Assembly (NCBI GenBank): GCA_038087875.1
Contig: CM075998.1
Coordinates: 2,544,001-2,608,000, forward strand
DNA: 64,000 nucleotides
DNA from: Malacoraja senta
Lineage: Eukaryota
Reading direction: 5' to 3'
Shown here: one piece after another, positions 50,216-63,400 of the stretch
How positions within the stretch are numbered: position 1 is the stretch's first letter
Layout of the letters: each line of letters opens with the position of its first letter
Position numbers and translations under genes: made by a program
The notes under the pieces: generated by a model
What the model saw: the letters and a program-made list of their open reading frames with translations, nothing else
Databases searched by the model: none
What the model was told of the DNA's origin: nothing

Positions 50216-51807
50216 ACCTATCCATGGTCTCCAGGTTTAGAGATAGTTTAGAGATGCTGCTTGACCTACTGGGTTACTCTAGCACTGTGTTTCCCGGGAC
50301 ACCATTGTTTTTTTTAACTGCTTTTACAACCTGGCCTGCAGATTCTAATAAACTATCACGTATACCCTCAGATCTCTTTTGTACCTCCACTTCATATTGC
50401 CTTGTCTCATTTTTCCTACCAAAATCTAACACTCCACATTTTTAAGACTCTAATTTAATCTGCCATCTATCACTGTTGACGATGAGCCTATCGTGTGGCG
50501 CTTAATCTAATGTTTCGTGTAAGCCCCTAAATACCAGGTCAATTGTGAAAAAATTGTTTATTCATAAAATTAGCAAATACATAACAGTATATTCATATGA
50601 TGACACAAGGAACTGCAGATGCTGGAATCTTGAGTAAAACACAACGTGCTGGAGTAACTCAGCGGGTCAGACAGTGGAGGACATAAATAGGCGACGTTTT
50701 GCGTCGAGACTTTTCCTTAGTCTATCCATTCCCTTCACAGATGCTGCCTAAACCACTGAGTTCCTCTAGCAGTTCGTCTGTAAGCTCACGATTCAAGTAT
50801 CTACAGTCTCTTGTGTCTCTAAATCAAAGTATATGATGCATATATCTCAAAAACAGCAGTAACTGCTGTTCTATCTTTGGTAGAATGTTGTCAACCTTCC
50901 CTAGAGTCTGAAAGTCACAGACAATTCTCTTCTGGTCATACACGCGAAATACTGCAGATGCTGTAAATCCGAAAGAAAACAAAAAATGCTGGAAATCTTT
51001 GGTGATTCGGGCAGCATCCGTGGCAAGAGAAACAGCTTTCTCTAGTGAAAGGCCAAGGGCCTGACTTGTTAACTCTATTTTTCTCAATTTGCATATGCTG
51101 CACGACCTGCTAAGTACTCCCAGCATTTTCTGTTTCTTTTTTCTCAGATATGTTGTAAAGGATCTTGGAGATAAAGGAGCAGCTTCTTCCCCTCTGTAAC
51201 AGTCTCTCAGGAATAGCTTCTTCCCCACTGTTATCGGCCTTTTGAAGGAAATACCTTCCATAATCCAGGATACTGTTCGATTCACCTCTACCCCATTCGT
51301 GACATAGGACTTGGTTGTCAAATGTTTGACAAAAACAGAAAAGCTGGGAGATTGTCAGTTATTACTAGGGTGTGGCTGAGTCAAGTTTTGACTGGAGACC
51401 CTTCATAAGGTTTGTTGCTGACAAAGACAGAGGATTGAGGTTGATCAGGTCTTAAACTAGGAGCACATTTCCACAGCCACCAACTGTTTTGGAGACCAGA
51501 ACTCAGAGGACTTAGTTAATGCTACATATGTCTGTTTTGGGCTTTGTTGTCACCAAATTAACCAACATTATACATTTTCATTATCAAGATTACCCATGTT
51601 ATAAACCACGTTATAAAATGCTGCTGGGAAACCAATTTGTTGTTGTTGTTACCTATTCTAAACATTAACAGCCACAAAGCTGAAATAAATATCCGGTGCT
51701 CTTACTTGCAATAGATTGCATTCTCACAGAGGGTTTTTAAATGGATGGTGGTGTCCTTTTCTCATGCTGGTGACATTTATATTTTAAAATCTGCAGACTA
51801 AATCACT

Positions 51808-54800
51808 ATGCCGAAGCAAGCGGGTAAAAAATTGGCCAAGATGACCGAGGAGGAGCGCCTGCTGTATATGCAGCAGAAGTTGCTGGAGGAAGAGGAAATG
51901 CAAAAGAAGAAAGAGGACATGCTGAGCCAATTCTTAAAGGTACTTCCTCATTTCACATCTAAGTGTTTGTCCAAAGTGTGGTTGAGCAGTTTTTCCTCGC
52001 CCTAATTTCACTAAGGAACAGGAGATGAGACTGTTTACTGTGAGAATCTCAAAGGTTTCTCTGCCAGTATTTTTTTGCCCATTTACTAACTAATAAGACT
52101 GTTTTATAAGTTTTTATTATCTGTTTTCTGGGACCTGAGCACCACAGGCAAGCACCACCAACATTTGTCATCCATTCTGAATCATCCCTTGTATTGGTGA
52201 GTCTCCCTCACAGCGCCAGAGACCCGGGTCCGATCTCGACCTCGAGTGCTGTCTGTGTGGAGTTTGCACGTTCTCCCTGTGACTGCGTGGGTTTCCTCTG
52301 GGTGCTCCGGTTTCCTCTCACATCCCAAAGACGTGCGGGTTTCTAGGTTAATTGGCCCTCTGTAAATTGTCCCCAGTGTGTATGGAGGGACTGAGAAAGT
52401 GGGATAACATAGAACTAGTGTAAATGGTGTGCGTGGACTCGGTGGACTGAAAGGCCTGTTTCCATGCTAGGGGAGGGGATGGTTTGAGTGGGAAGGGATG
52501 AATGAACCAAGGAGTTGCGGAGGGAGCGGTATATAAAAGCTGCTTTTTTTTTTAAATGGTCGGTTGTTATTCATATTTTGGTATTATTATTTTCCTAAAA
52601 TGTTTACAGATGTTGCTTATTAGCCATCCTGTGTGTTCTCACAGTATTTGTTGAAAACCATACCTCCCTGTGTGCATTTAATTTATTCTGAGTTTTTTGT
52701 TGAAGTTTGTAAATCTCACGACAGATTAGCTGGTGCCAAAAACAACATTGAGGTCACTTACACCTTCGTAATCTGTCATCTGTTATCGTGGTCGGTTTCT
52801 TGGAAAAAGAGTATCTTGTTTTGTACACTTGACCACACCATGCAATTTATCTCTGCATCCTACGCAATATTGTAAATGTCAGGCCACAGAAAGCAATATG
52901 GTCTTGAGCAGAGACAGCAACTTTTAGACTGCAAACCTGTTTTGTAGCTAAACACTTGGCAGGTAGTCAGAGGTTTTGCATAAAACAGTGGCTGTCACTA
53001 GAATTAACTGTGACTTGACCGATGTGAGCCATAGTCTCTATCATTGTGATTGCTATGATGCATATGGTGACCCATTCAGTGTGTTTCTAGTGGGTTTAGA
53101 TTGTAGATTATAAGTTTATTATTGAGGTATAGTGAAAAGTATGCTTTCCAAACAGATCAGATGTGCCGTACAACCAAGTCAAACATGAGTACAATAGATA
53201 GAATATAGTTCTCAGCACTGCAGCATAAGGCGGCCACATGAGAGTCAAGGACGGTTAAAGATAGATGTGAACATGACCGAGTATGACAATATTGAATGCA
53301 TAGACACTGTGAATGTATGAAGAGCTTTTGCACAGTTTTAATACATGGGATGGAAAGTAGTACAATTCTTTCTTTAGAAAAAATCTTCCAGGTAGGATGT
53401 GTGGAAGAGTGGGGAGTGTGATATTGCAGCTCTTTTCCCACTACGTATTTCGTTGGCGTGTGACTTATCAAGAGCAACAATCACTTCACGTAACAAATAG
53501 CAAGCAACGGGTTTAAGGAATGAAGGAATCTTCTGATAATCACGAGCCTATCTACTGCCTGGAATTTGAGGTCAACGGCAAGATGATGGCACTTGTCACC
53601 TGACTACAAAGGAAGCTCCCACATCGATACAGTGATCTCTGCAGTGGAAATGTCTCTCCTTCAGTCCTCAGCTTCAAAGAGTTCATGGTGTCGTGCAGCT
53701 GTGCTGAGGGCCGCAATGAAGCTCAGTGCAGCCAATGCCAAGGCTCTGTGGGGGAGGACCACAGTCTAGGGTCCTTCTGCCACTAGACACTGGTGGGGAC
53801 ACCCCTCAAACAAGGGATGGGATATCACCCCCGAGAGCCACATGAGTGGCCAGGATGTTTTATTGAAAGACACAAAGTGGTAGAATAACTCCACAGGTCA
53901 GGCATCATCTGTGGAGAACATGGATAGATGATGTTTCGGGTCGAGACCCTTCTTCAGACTGAAATAGGATCCTGACCCAAAATGTTGTCTATCCAATATT
54001 CTCCAGAGGTGCTGCCTGACCTGCTGTGTTACTCCTCTGCTTTGTGTCTTTTTTTGTAAGCCAGCATCTGCAGTTCCTTGTATCTCTGGTGTTTCATTTA
54101 AAGATAGGTGCGAACAATATTGAGTACGACGCTATTAATAATAATAATAATAGATTTTATTTATATAGCGCTTCACTATTGAATGTATAGACACTGAGAA
54201 TGTATGAAGAGTTTTTGCACAGTTTTTGTATTGGACATATTATTTATTCTGAATGAAGTTTATTTTTGAAATTTAAAAAAACTGTATTGATGCAAGTTGG
54301 CTAAGCAGCCAACCACATTAAACATTTCTCACAGTCAGGAAATTAAAAAAAAATAATGAGTACCAAAGAACTGTAGATGCTGAAATCTTGAGCAAATTAC
54401 AAAGTGCTGGAGGAACTCAGTGACTCAGGAAGCATCAGTGGAGGGAAATGGACAGACAACGTTTCCTGTTAGAAACATAGAAAATAGGTGCAGGAGTAGG
54501 CCATTCGGCCCTTCGAGCCTGTTGTGACCCTTCTTCAGACAAAAAAGACGTTTTTAGTAACTTAAAATGTTACATGGTATACTAAATGAAGATTGGGACA
54601 TGCATATAATATATCAACTACTTTAATCATAAATATTTATACAAACAAGTTTTAACATTCTGAAGATTGTGAAAATGAAATTCTGTGAGGGAATTAGAAT
54701 ATACATCAGTAATATTCTTTTGAAGGTTAGATAGTTTGCTAAGCATTAAAATATCCCAGCTTCGTACCATAGCTAAAATCAAACCATTCCTCCAATTCGA

Positions 54801-57800
54801 CGCCCTTGAAAAAATCATCCACGCATCCATCTCCTCCCGCCTTGACTACTGCAACTCCCTATACACTGGCATCAGCCAATCATCCCTGTCCCGCCTGCAA
54901 TTGGACCACAAGGGACCACATCACACCGATTCTGGCCTCTCTCCACTGGCTCCCAGTATGGTACAGAATCAACTTCAAGCTCCTCTTATACGTATACAAA
55001 GCCCTTAACGGGCTTGCCCCCCCCCCCCCCCCCACCCATATCAAAAATCTTCTAACCTACCATTCTACCTCCAGGTCCCTCAGGTCGGCCGACTTGGGGC
55101 TACTGACTATCCCGCAATCAAGGTTTAAGCTCAGGGGTGATTGCGCTTTTGCGGTTGCAGCACCTAGACTGTGGAATAGCATCCCTCTCCTCGTCCTCCT
55201 CTGCCCCCTCCATCAACTCCTTTAAGTCCAGACTTAAAACCTATTTCTACTCCCTAGTGTTTTTGAGGCCATCTGAGGGGGCGCTGTAAACAGTTTATGT
55301 ATGTATTGTTAGGTCTGTGTACCATTGTATGTATCTTATTACCTGCATTGATGTACAGCACTTTGGTCAACGTGAGTTGTTTTTAAATGTGCTATACAAA
55401 TAAAAAATGACTGACTGACTGAGATCTCAGGCACCGAGGATAAGATTTTTATGGTGAAGATAAACACAAAAAGCTGGAGTAACTCAGTGGATCAAACAGC
55501 ACCTCTGGAGAAAAGAAATAGGTGACGTTTCAGGACCCGAAACGTCTCCTGTTCATTCTCTCCAGAGATGCTGTCTGACCCGCTGAGTCACTCCAGCGTT
55601 TTGTGTCCATCTTCGATTTAAACCAGCAACTACAGTTCGTGCCGACACAAGATTTTCATGGTGTTCTGCAGTGAGACTAGCCTGTAAATACTTGTAATTC
55701 ATATTATTTTAATTGATTGTGTAAATAATGATAATTTTGCCATCATTACTACTTTGCATCTTGTTATTTATCGTATGGTTCGCGTATCATACTTCTGATA
55801 ATGCGATTTACCTCGCTCTTTCTGCTCTTAGGACAAACTGTCGAAAGAAGAACACAACACCCGTCTCAACACCCTGAAGCTGAATGAGAAATGGCGCACT
55901 GTGATGCGAGAAGCAAAAGCTACAGACCTGCGGAAAGACATTGAGATCTTGAGTCAAACCTTTGAAAGAATTGTAGATCGGAAAGACAGTGTCATCAGGG
56001 TGAGAGCAGAAGTGATCCTTTGTCCCTCGTTAAAGTTAATGTGAAATGCAACTGGAGCAGATGAATTAGGAGAGAAAGTAGAACGACCACAAACATAGAA
56101 TCGCAGATCACAGAGAACATAGGACATACATAGAGCAGTACAGCACAGGGACAGGCCCTTCGGCCCACAATGTCTGTGCCCAACATGATGCCAAGATAAA
56201 CTAATCTCCTCTGCCTGCATATGATTCATATCCCTCCATTCCCTGCATACCCATGTGGCTATCTAAAAGCTTCTTAAATGCCACTATCATATCTGCCTTC
56301 ACCGCCACCCCTGGTAACATGTTCCAGACACCCACCACCCTCTGCCCCGCATATCTCCTATAAACTTTGCAACTTTCACCTTGAAGCTATGCCCTCTAGA
56401 CTTTGACATTTCCACCCTGGGAAAAAGGTTCTGACAGTCTACCCTATCTATGCCTGTTACAGAACTATACAGCACAGATACAGGCCCTTTCGGCCAACCT
56501 CGTCCATGTTGACCATGATGCCCATGTAAGCTATGTATTTGCAGGCATTAGGCCCATATCCCTTCTACACCTTTCCTATTCAAGTACCTGTCCAAGTGTC
56601 TTTGAAACATTGTAATTGTATCTGCCTCCACTATCTCCTCTGGCAGCTTGTTCCAGATATTCACCATCCATTTGTGTGGAAAACATACCCCTCAGATCTT
56701 TAAATTTCCCCATTTCATCTAAAACCTTTGCCCTCTAATTTTAGACTCTCTGGTCTTTGGGAAAAGATTCTGATTATCCATGATTATCATCTGAAGAAGG
56801 GTTTCGGCCCGAAACGTTGCCTATTTCCTTCGCTCCATAGATGCTGCCGCACCCGCTGAGTTTCTCCAGCATTTTTGTCTACCTTCGATTTTCCAGCATC
56901 TGCAGTTCCTTCTTGAACACTTCTGATTATCCGTTATATCCATGTCCCTCATACTTATATAAACCTCTATTAGGTCACGCGACATGTTGCAGTGAGAATA
57001 AACCCAGCTATCCTATGTCTGCTTATCATTACAGCTCTCCATTCCAGGCAACATGCAGGTGAATCTCTTCTGCACTCTCTCTATTGCTAGCCCATACTTC
57101 TTGTTGTGTGGCGAACAGAATGGTACACAATACTCCAACTGCAGTCCGACCAATGTTTTGAACAACTGCAACATGCCATCCCAACTCTTCAACCCAATGA
57201 CTTGCCTACGAAGGCAAGCATGCCAAGTGCAGCAAAATATTGCAGTAACGTGTTTCGAGCAGTGGAATTCCAAACTGCCAAACCACACAGAAAGGAGACA
57301 CAAGAAGGTTGTAGACGCTGGAATCTGGGACAAAAAACAAAAAACTCGGCAGGTCAAGCAGCATCTGTGGAGGGAAATGGACAGATGACGTTGCGGGATG
57401 GCCCAGATGAAGGAGCTCGACCCAAACATTCGACTGTCCATTTGCCTCGCCTGACCCACTGAGTTCCCCCAGCAGATTTTTTTTTGCCACAGAGAATGGT
57501 GTTGAGTGAGCTGGTTAAACTTACCGATGTTAAGCGAACCCACTGATGTATTTCTAATGTCTCTTCATCCAGGCTTTAACAAAGGATTTGGAAGAGGCAG
57601 AGGAGCAGTACGCAACAGCCATGCGTAACCACATTCAAAACGTGGATAAGTTGGTGGATCTGCAGCGGAGTAGACTGGTCTTATTAGAGAATGAGTTTGA
57701 AGCAGAGTTGGAATCACTGAAAGAAGAATTTGATGTTGAGAGGTCAGTATCCAATTTGAGCATCTATTGACAATAAGGTTAGGATGCAAAAAAAGTTTTT

Positions 57801-60099
57801 TTCTATTTGTTCACAAGACATGCACTTCACTAGCAAATCCAACATTTATTGAGCTGGGTGCCTTACTAGACCATTTTATAGTGCAGTTAAAAGTCATAGT
57901 CATAGAGTAATACAGCACGTAACAGGCCCTTCAGCCCAACTCGACCATGCTGATCAAGTTGTCTTACCAAACTACTTCCACTTGGCTGCACCTGACCCAT
58001 ATCCTTCCAACCCTTTCCTGTCAATACACCTGCCCAAGTGTCTGTTAAATGTCATAATTGTACCCGCCTCTACCTCTTCCTCTGGCAGGTCGTTCCATAT
58101 ATGAACCACTCTCTGTGTAAAATATCTGCCCCTCACGTCCCTTTTCAATCAATCCCCTCATCTTAAACCAATTATGTCTAGTATTAAGGCTTGTCTGGGG
58201 AAAAGACAGTGGCTATTCACCTTTATCCATGCCCACATTAGTAGACTTGAAGTAACAAAGAGGTGAGACCTTGAAAGATGTTAATGAACATCTTTTATGA
58301 CAGTCCAGTACTTCCATGTTAATCATGTCAGAACATGGAGCAGTACTACAGCACAAGGAACAGGCTCTTTGGCCCACAATATCCATGGTGAACACGTCAG
58401 CTGCAGAGCTGCATGTGCTCCATATCGCACCATTCCATGCATATCCATGTACCTATCCGAAAAAAATGTCAGTATTCTAAAGAAAGATCGAATAACGTTT
58501 CTTAGATGTTCTTAAGGGTGTGCTTTATTAACCTTGAGCTTTTTAATTTGGATGAATGTAATTAATAAGCTTTAAATTACTTAATTGCCATGGTGGGACG
58601 CAAGTCCGTGTTTCTTGATCAATAACTTTGGATACTGGTCTAGTAAATTAACCACTATGCCACCATTTCTTTAATTATATTAGACTTAGCAGAACAGTGC
58701 AGCGCAAGAACAGGCCCTTCTGCCCACGATGTCTGTGCCAAACATGACGCCATTTTATGCTGTACATCAGCACAGTCTATATCCGTCCGTTCCCGACTTG
58801 TTCACGTGTATGTCTCAATACCTCTTAAACATTGTTATGATATCTGCTTCCATGACTTTCCCCAGCGGCCATCTTGTCGCGGCAGGCAACTCTCAAACTC
58901 TGAAATAGTAAATAATAAAGTCAGCAGACTGTTTCAATTTAGAAAAGATAAATTGTTTTTCATTGACGTAATGGTCCTTTAATGATACAAGAGAGCATAC
59001 AAGTAATGAAGTGATTTATTTCTTTGTTACGGTTAATAAAGTGTTATTGTGGTAGTTGTTGAAGACACTCTCCATCTGCACAGAGAACAGATGATTGCAC
59101 AACATGAGCATGAGATGACCAATCTGGAGGATATCATGTACGCAATGGACCAAATCTTTGGTGAGGTCTCAAATGATGCCCGGCAAGAATTTAACAGTAC
59201 AAGGGAAGACCTCAAAAACAAGGTAAAAAAAGCTTGGACTGTGCAGAACAAAGTATGGATACCATGCAATCAAATACAGAAATAAATGAACAAGATTCAT
59301 AGAATTCATGGAACAGTGCAGCTCAAGAACAGGCCCTTCGGCCCACAATATCCATGCCAAACATAATGCCAAGTTAAAGTCATCTCCTCTACCTGCACGT
59401 GATCCATGTCCCACCATCCCCTGCATATCCATGTGCCTATCTAAAAGCTTCTTTGGTAAATATTTTGTGTTTTTCATGAATATAACCTTTGAGCAACCTT
59501 GGGCCCAAGAACATTAGGAAGATTAGGAATTAAAACTGCCCCCTGTGTTTTCATAGATTTTTTTTTTAGAATTACTATTGAGGAAATTATGGCAGAATGT
59601 GTTTGCCTTATTGAAAAGACGCACTTCTAATACTTGTCAGGCGGCATCTGGGGAGGGAAATGGACAAACAATGTTTTGGGTCAGTCTGAAGAAGGGTGAT
59701 GACTGGAAATGTCACCAGTCCTTTCCCTCCATAGATTTTGACTGACCCCTGTGTTACTCCAGCAATTTTTGTTCGATCAAGATTCCAGCATCTGCAGTTC
59801 CTTGTGTCTCCATTGTTGACATTTGTCATGTTTATTATTTCTCAATGACTTCACCAAACATTGGCATTAAGTGAGCGGGACAATGTTTTTGCTGTATTTA
59901 GAGTCTGGAGGAGAAGCATTCACTCCGGGTTTATCTGGAAGGATTAGTGGAAGACTTGTGGATGCAGTTCCAGCTTGCACTGAAGAACTACATTGATGCA
60001 ACCGAGGACCGGAAAATGGCATTCGAAACACTCAAGTCACGCGATGAGAAGAGTGCGAAAGAGATTGAGATGCAAATGAAAAAGCTGCAGAGAATGCAA
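51808..60099 (+). CDS. CCDC65: Coiled-coil domain-containing protein 65 / dynein regulatory complex subunit 2 (5' partial; continues beyond the window)
   Basis: In-phase AG/GT exons: 51808-51939 (MPKQAGKK...[23 protein letters not shown]), 55832-55999 ([29 protein letters not shown]...[20 protein letters not shown]), 57573-57742 ([26 protein letters not shown]), 59084-59222 ([18 protein letters not shown]) and 59902-60099 ([13 protein letters not shown]...[37 protein letters not shown]). Confidence 0.95.
54735..55422 (+). mobile_element. L2-clade LINE 3' fragment (internally deleted)
   Basis: Translates to [11 protein letters not shown]...[16 protein letters not shown] and [25 protein letters not shown]...[14 protein letters not shown] (L2 ORF2 C-terminus). 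The tail is aataaaaaa(tgac)n. Confidence 0.85.
56780..56920 (+). mobile_element. Young Penelope-derived short insertion with hammerhead core and 12-bp TSD
   Basis: TSD ttctgattatcc at 56768-56779 and 56921-56932. Core CUGAAGA-A-GGGU(UUCG)GCCC-GAAA-CGUU at 56791-56818. Inserted in an older CR1 fragment. Confidence 0.75.
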
Positions 60100-60489
60100 G
60101 TAGGTGTGAAGAAATAGCGATTGTACCTGTTATACTTCACCATAGCTGTTGCCAAGTAGAACGTGACCGTGTGTGTATGTGCGCGAGTCTATCCATAGAC
60201 AGAAACTGGATTGGTAGCAAAATGATGAAGTGCTGGTGGAACTCAGTGGGTCAGGCAGCATCAGTGGAGGGAAATGGACAGACAACGTTCCTCTTTGATA
60301 GCCTAGAATATTAATAATGGTCTTTCTGTGGCCATCTTTCTTGTCCCTCCCTGAATCTTCTCTGCTGTGTCGTGTAAACTCCAAACCTGCAATGTTCTTC
60401 CCCAAGAAGTGTCAGGGTGGATTTGATGAATGAGCAATGACAGTGGAGCAGAGTGTGGGTGGTTCTTAATGCATTGGGAAGTTTCAGAT

Positions 60490-63400
60490 AATTCAATTCA
60501 ATTCAATTCAATTAAATTCAACTTTAATGTCATTGCACAAATACTGAGTATGGGTACAACGAAATGCAGTTTTGCGTCAGTCCGTAGTAGTAGTGCAATA
60601 TAGAATTTTTTTTAAAAGGAGGATACAGAATAATCAAAAATACAGAATAATTAACAATGGGGACGGAGGGACCAGAGGAATCTATCGGCGGGACTCCGAG
60701 TTCAGCAATGCGACGGTATAATTGTAGAAGCTGTTCCTCATCCTACTGGTACGAGACCTGAGGCTCCTGTACCGCCTCCCTGATGGGAGGAGGGCAAACA
60801 GTCCATGGTTGGGGTGGGAGGGGTCTTTAATGATCTTCCCAGCCCGTTTCAGACACCGTTTTCGGTGGAGGGCATCCATGGCAGGGAGCGGGGCACCGAT
60901 GATGTGCTGCGCGGTTTTCACCACCCGTTGTAGTGCCTTCCTGTCCGCAACAGTGCAGCTGCTGTACCATACCGTGATGCAGGTGGTCAGGATGCTCTCG
61001 ATGGTACACCGGTAGAAGTTGGTCAGGATCTGGGGGGACAGGTGGGCTTTCTTGAGCCTCCTCAGGAAGTAAAGGCGCTGCTGTGCCTTTTTGATCAGCT
61101 TGGAGGTGTTGAGGGACCAGGACAAATCCTCCGAGATGTGTACCCCGAGGAATTTGTAGCTGGAGACGCGCTCCACCTCAGTCCCGTTTATATGGATGGG
61201 GGTATGTCTGCCCCCTCTGACTTTCCTGAAGTCGACAATAATTTCCTTTGTCTTCTTGGAGTTGAGGACGAGGTTATTGTTGGCACACCAGGTTGTCAGG
61301 TGCTGGACCTCCTCTCTGTAGGCTGACTCATCGTTGTCACTGATCAGTCCTACCACCGTGGTGTCGTCAGCAAACTTAATGATGGCGTTGGATCCGTACT
61401 TAGGGATGCAGTCGTGGGTGAAGAGGGAGTAGAGGAGAGGGCTGAGCACACAGCCCTGTGGCACGCCGGTGTTCAGTGTTATAGTGGAGGAGGTGAGGTT
61501 GTTGACCCTAACAGACTGTGGTCTGTTGGTGAGGAAATCCAGTGTCCAGTTGCAGAGGGAGGTGGAGATGCCAAGCCCGCTGAGTTTGGTGATCAAGCTG
61601 GCGGGGATGACAGTGTTAAAAGCGGAGCTGAAATCAATGAACAGCAACCTGATGTAGGAGTTGTTGTTGTCCAGGTGGGTCAGGGCAGATTGTAGGGCTG
61701 CCGATATGGCGTCCTCTGTAGACCTGTTGGCCCGGTAGGCAAACTGATGGGGGTCCAGTGTGGGGGGGAGGCTGGCTTTGAGGTGAGCCAAGATCAGCCG
61801 CTCAAAGCACTTAGCAATGACAGGGGTGAGTGCCACTGGGCGGAAATCGTTGAGGCTCCCTGTGGCTGACTGTTTGGGCACTGGCACGATGGTTGATGTC
61901 TTGAGGCAAGTGGGGACAACACCCTGGGCCAGTGAGAGATTGAAAATGTCGGTAAAGACTGGGGATAGTTGTCCAGCACATGCCCTAAGCACCCGGCCAG
62001 GGATGCCATCGGGGCCGGCAGCTTTGCGCTCATTCACCTTGCTCAGTGCATCTTGTACAGCAGAGGTGGAGAGACTGAGGGGTTGTTCATTTGGGGGTGG
62101 AGCAACTTTGATGGCTGGGGTTTTGTTATCCCGGTCAAAGCGAGCATAGAAATGGTTTAGTTCGTCAGGAAGGGTGGCGTTGTCTGGGGGAGGGGTGTTA
62201 ACTTTCTGGTAATCGGCAAGGGATTTGATTCCTTGCCACATGCGCCTGGGGTCAGAGTTGTTTTGGAAGTGCTCCTCAATCCGCCGTTTGTGATAGAGTT
62301 TGGCATTCCTAATTCCCATTTTCAGATTGGCCCTGGATGAGCTGTATCCCTCAGCGTCGCCAGATCTGAAAGCGGCATCGCGAGCCTTCAGTAGGAGTCT
62401 GACCTCCCTGCTCATCCACGGCTTCTGGTTAGGGAAGGTCTTTATTTCTTTGTGGGTGGTGACATTATCGGTGCAGAATTTTATATAGTCCATAACTGTT
62501 GAGGTGTATGAGTTGATGTCCACTTGTGAATTGAAGGTGGACTGAGTAGCAAACAGACTCCAGTCTGTCTGCTGAAACTGCTGCTGTAAAACAGAGACAG
62601 CCCCCTCAGGCCAGACCTTCACTGTCCTCGTGGTAGGTTTCACACGTCTGATCAGAGGTGTGTATTTGGGGAGCAGGAACAGAGAGAGGTGGTCAGACTG
62701 ACCAAGGTGGGGGAGGGGGAGGGCTTTGTAGGCTTCAGTAATATTAGTGTAAACTAAGTCCAGAATATTGTTTCCTCTGGTTGGGCAGGAAACATGCTGA
62801 TGGAACCTGGGGAGTACAGTTTTAAGGTCGGAGTGGTTGAAATCACCCGCAACAATAAATGCCCCCTCAGGGTGAGCAGATAGATGTTTGCTGATAGCAG
62901 CTTGCAGCTCTTCCATTGCTAGCCTGGCATTAGCGTCCGGGGGTACATAGACTGCCGTGATAACAGTCGATGTGAATTCTCTGGGCAAATAGAAGGGCCT
63001 GCACTTTAACATCAGGTATTCCAGGTCAGCAGAGCAGTGACTACCAATCCTAACAACGTCCGTGCACCATGTGTTATTCACATAGATGCACAGTCCGCCG
63101 CCCTTGGTCTTACCGGAGTCCTCCGCTGTTCTGTCGGCCCTGAAGACAGTGCGCCGCTCCAGCTCGATGGCGTTGTCCGGGATGTTGCCGTTGAGCCATG
63201 TTTCAGTAAAGACCATGGCGTTGCAGTCGGCGATCCGTCTATGTGTGGTGATCCGCAGCCTTAGTTCATCGATTTTACTCACCAGGGACCGGACATTCGC
63301 TAGGAAAATGCTGGGCAGAGCTGGCTGGTGAGGATTTAATTTCAGCCTAGCTAGATGTCCTCCCCACTTCCCACGTCTTTGTTTGCGGTCCCTGCGCCGC

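Noticed and set aside
1125..60290. Recurrent gctggagtaactcagc...gcagcatc repeats as a CRISPR-like array or as small ORFs
   Set aside because: They are dispersed in both orientations with TSDs in a eukaryotic genome and lack regular spacers. They are retroelement copies.
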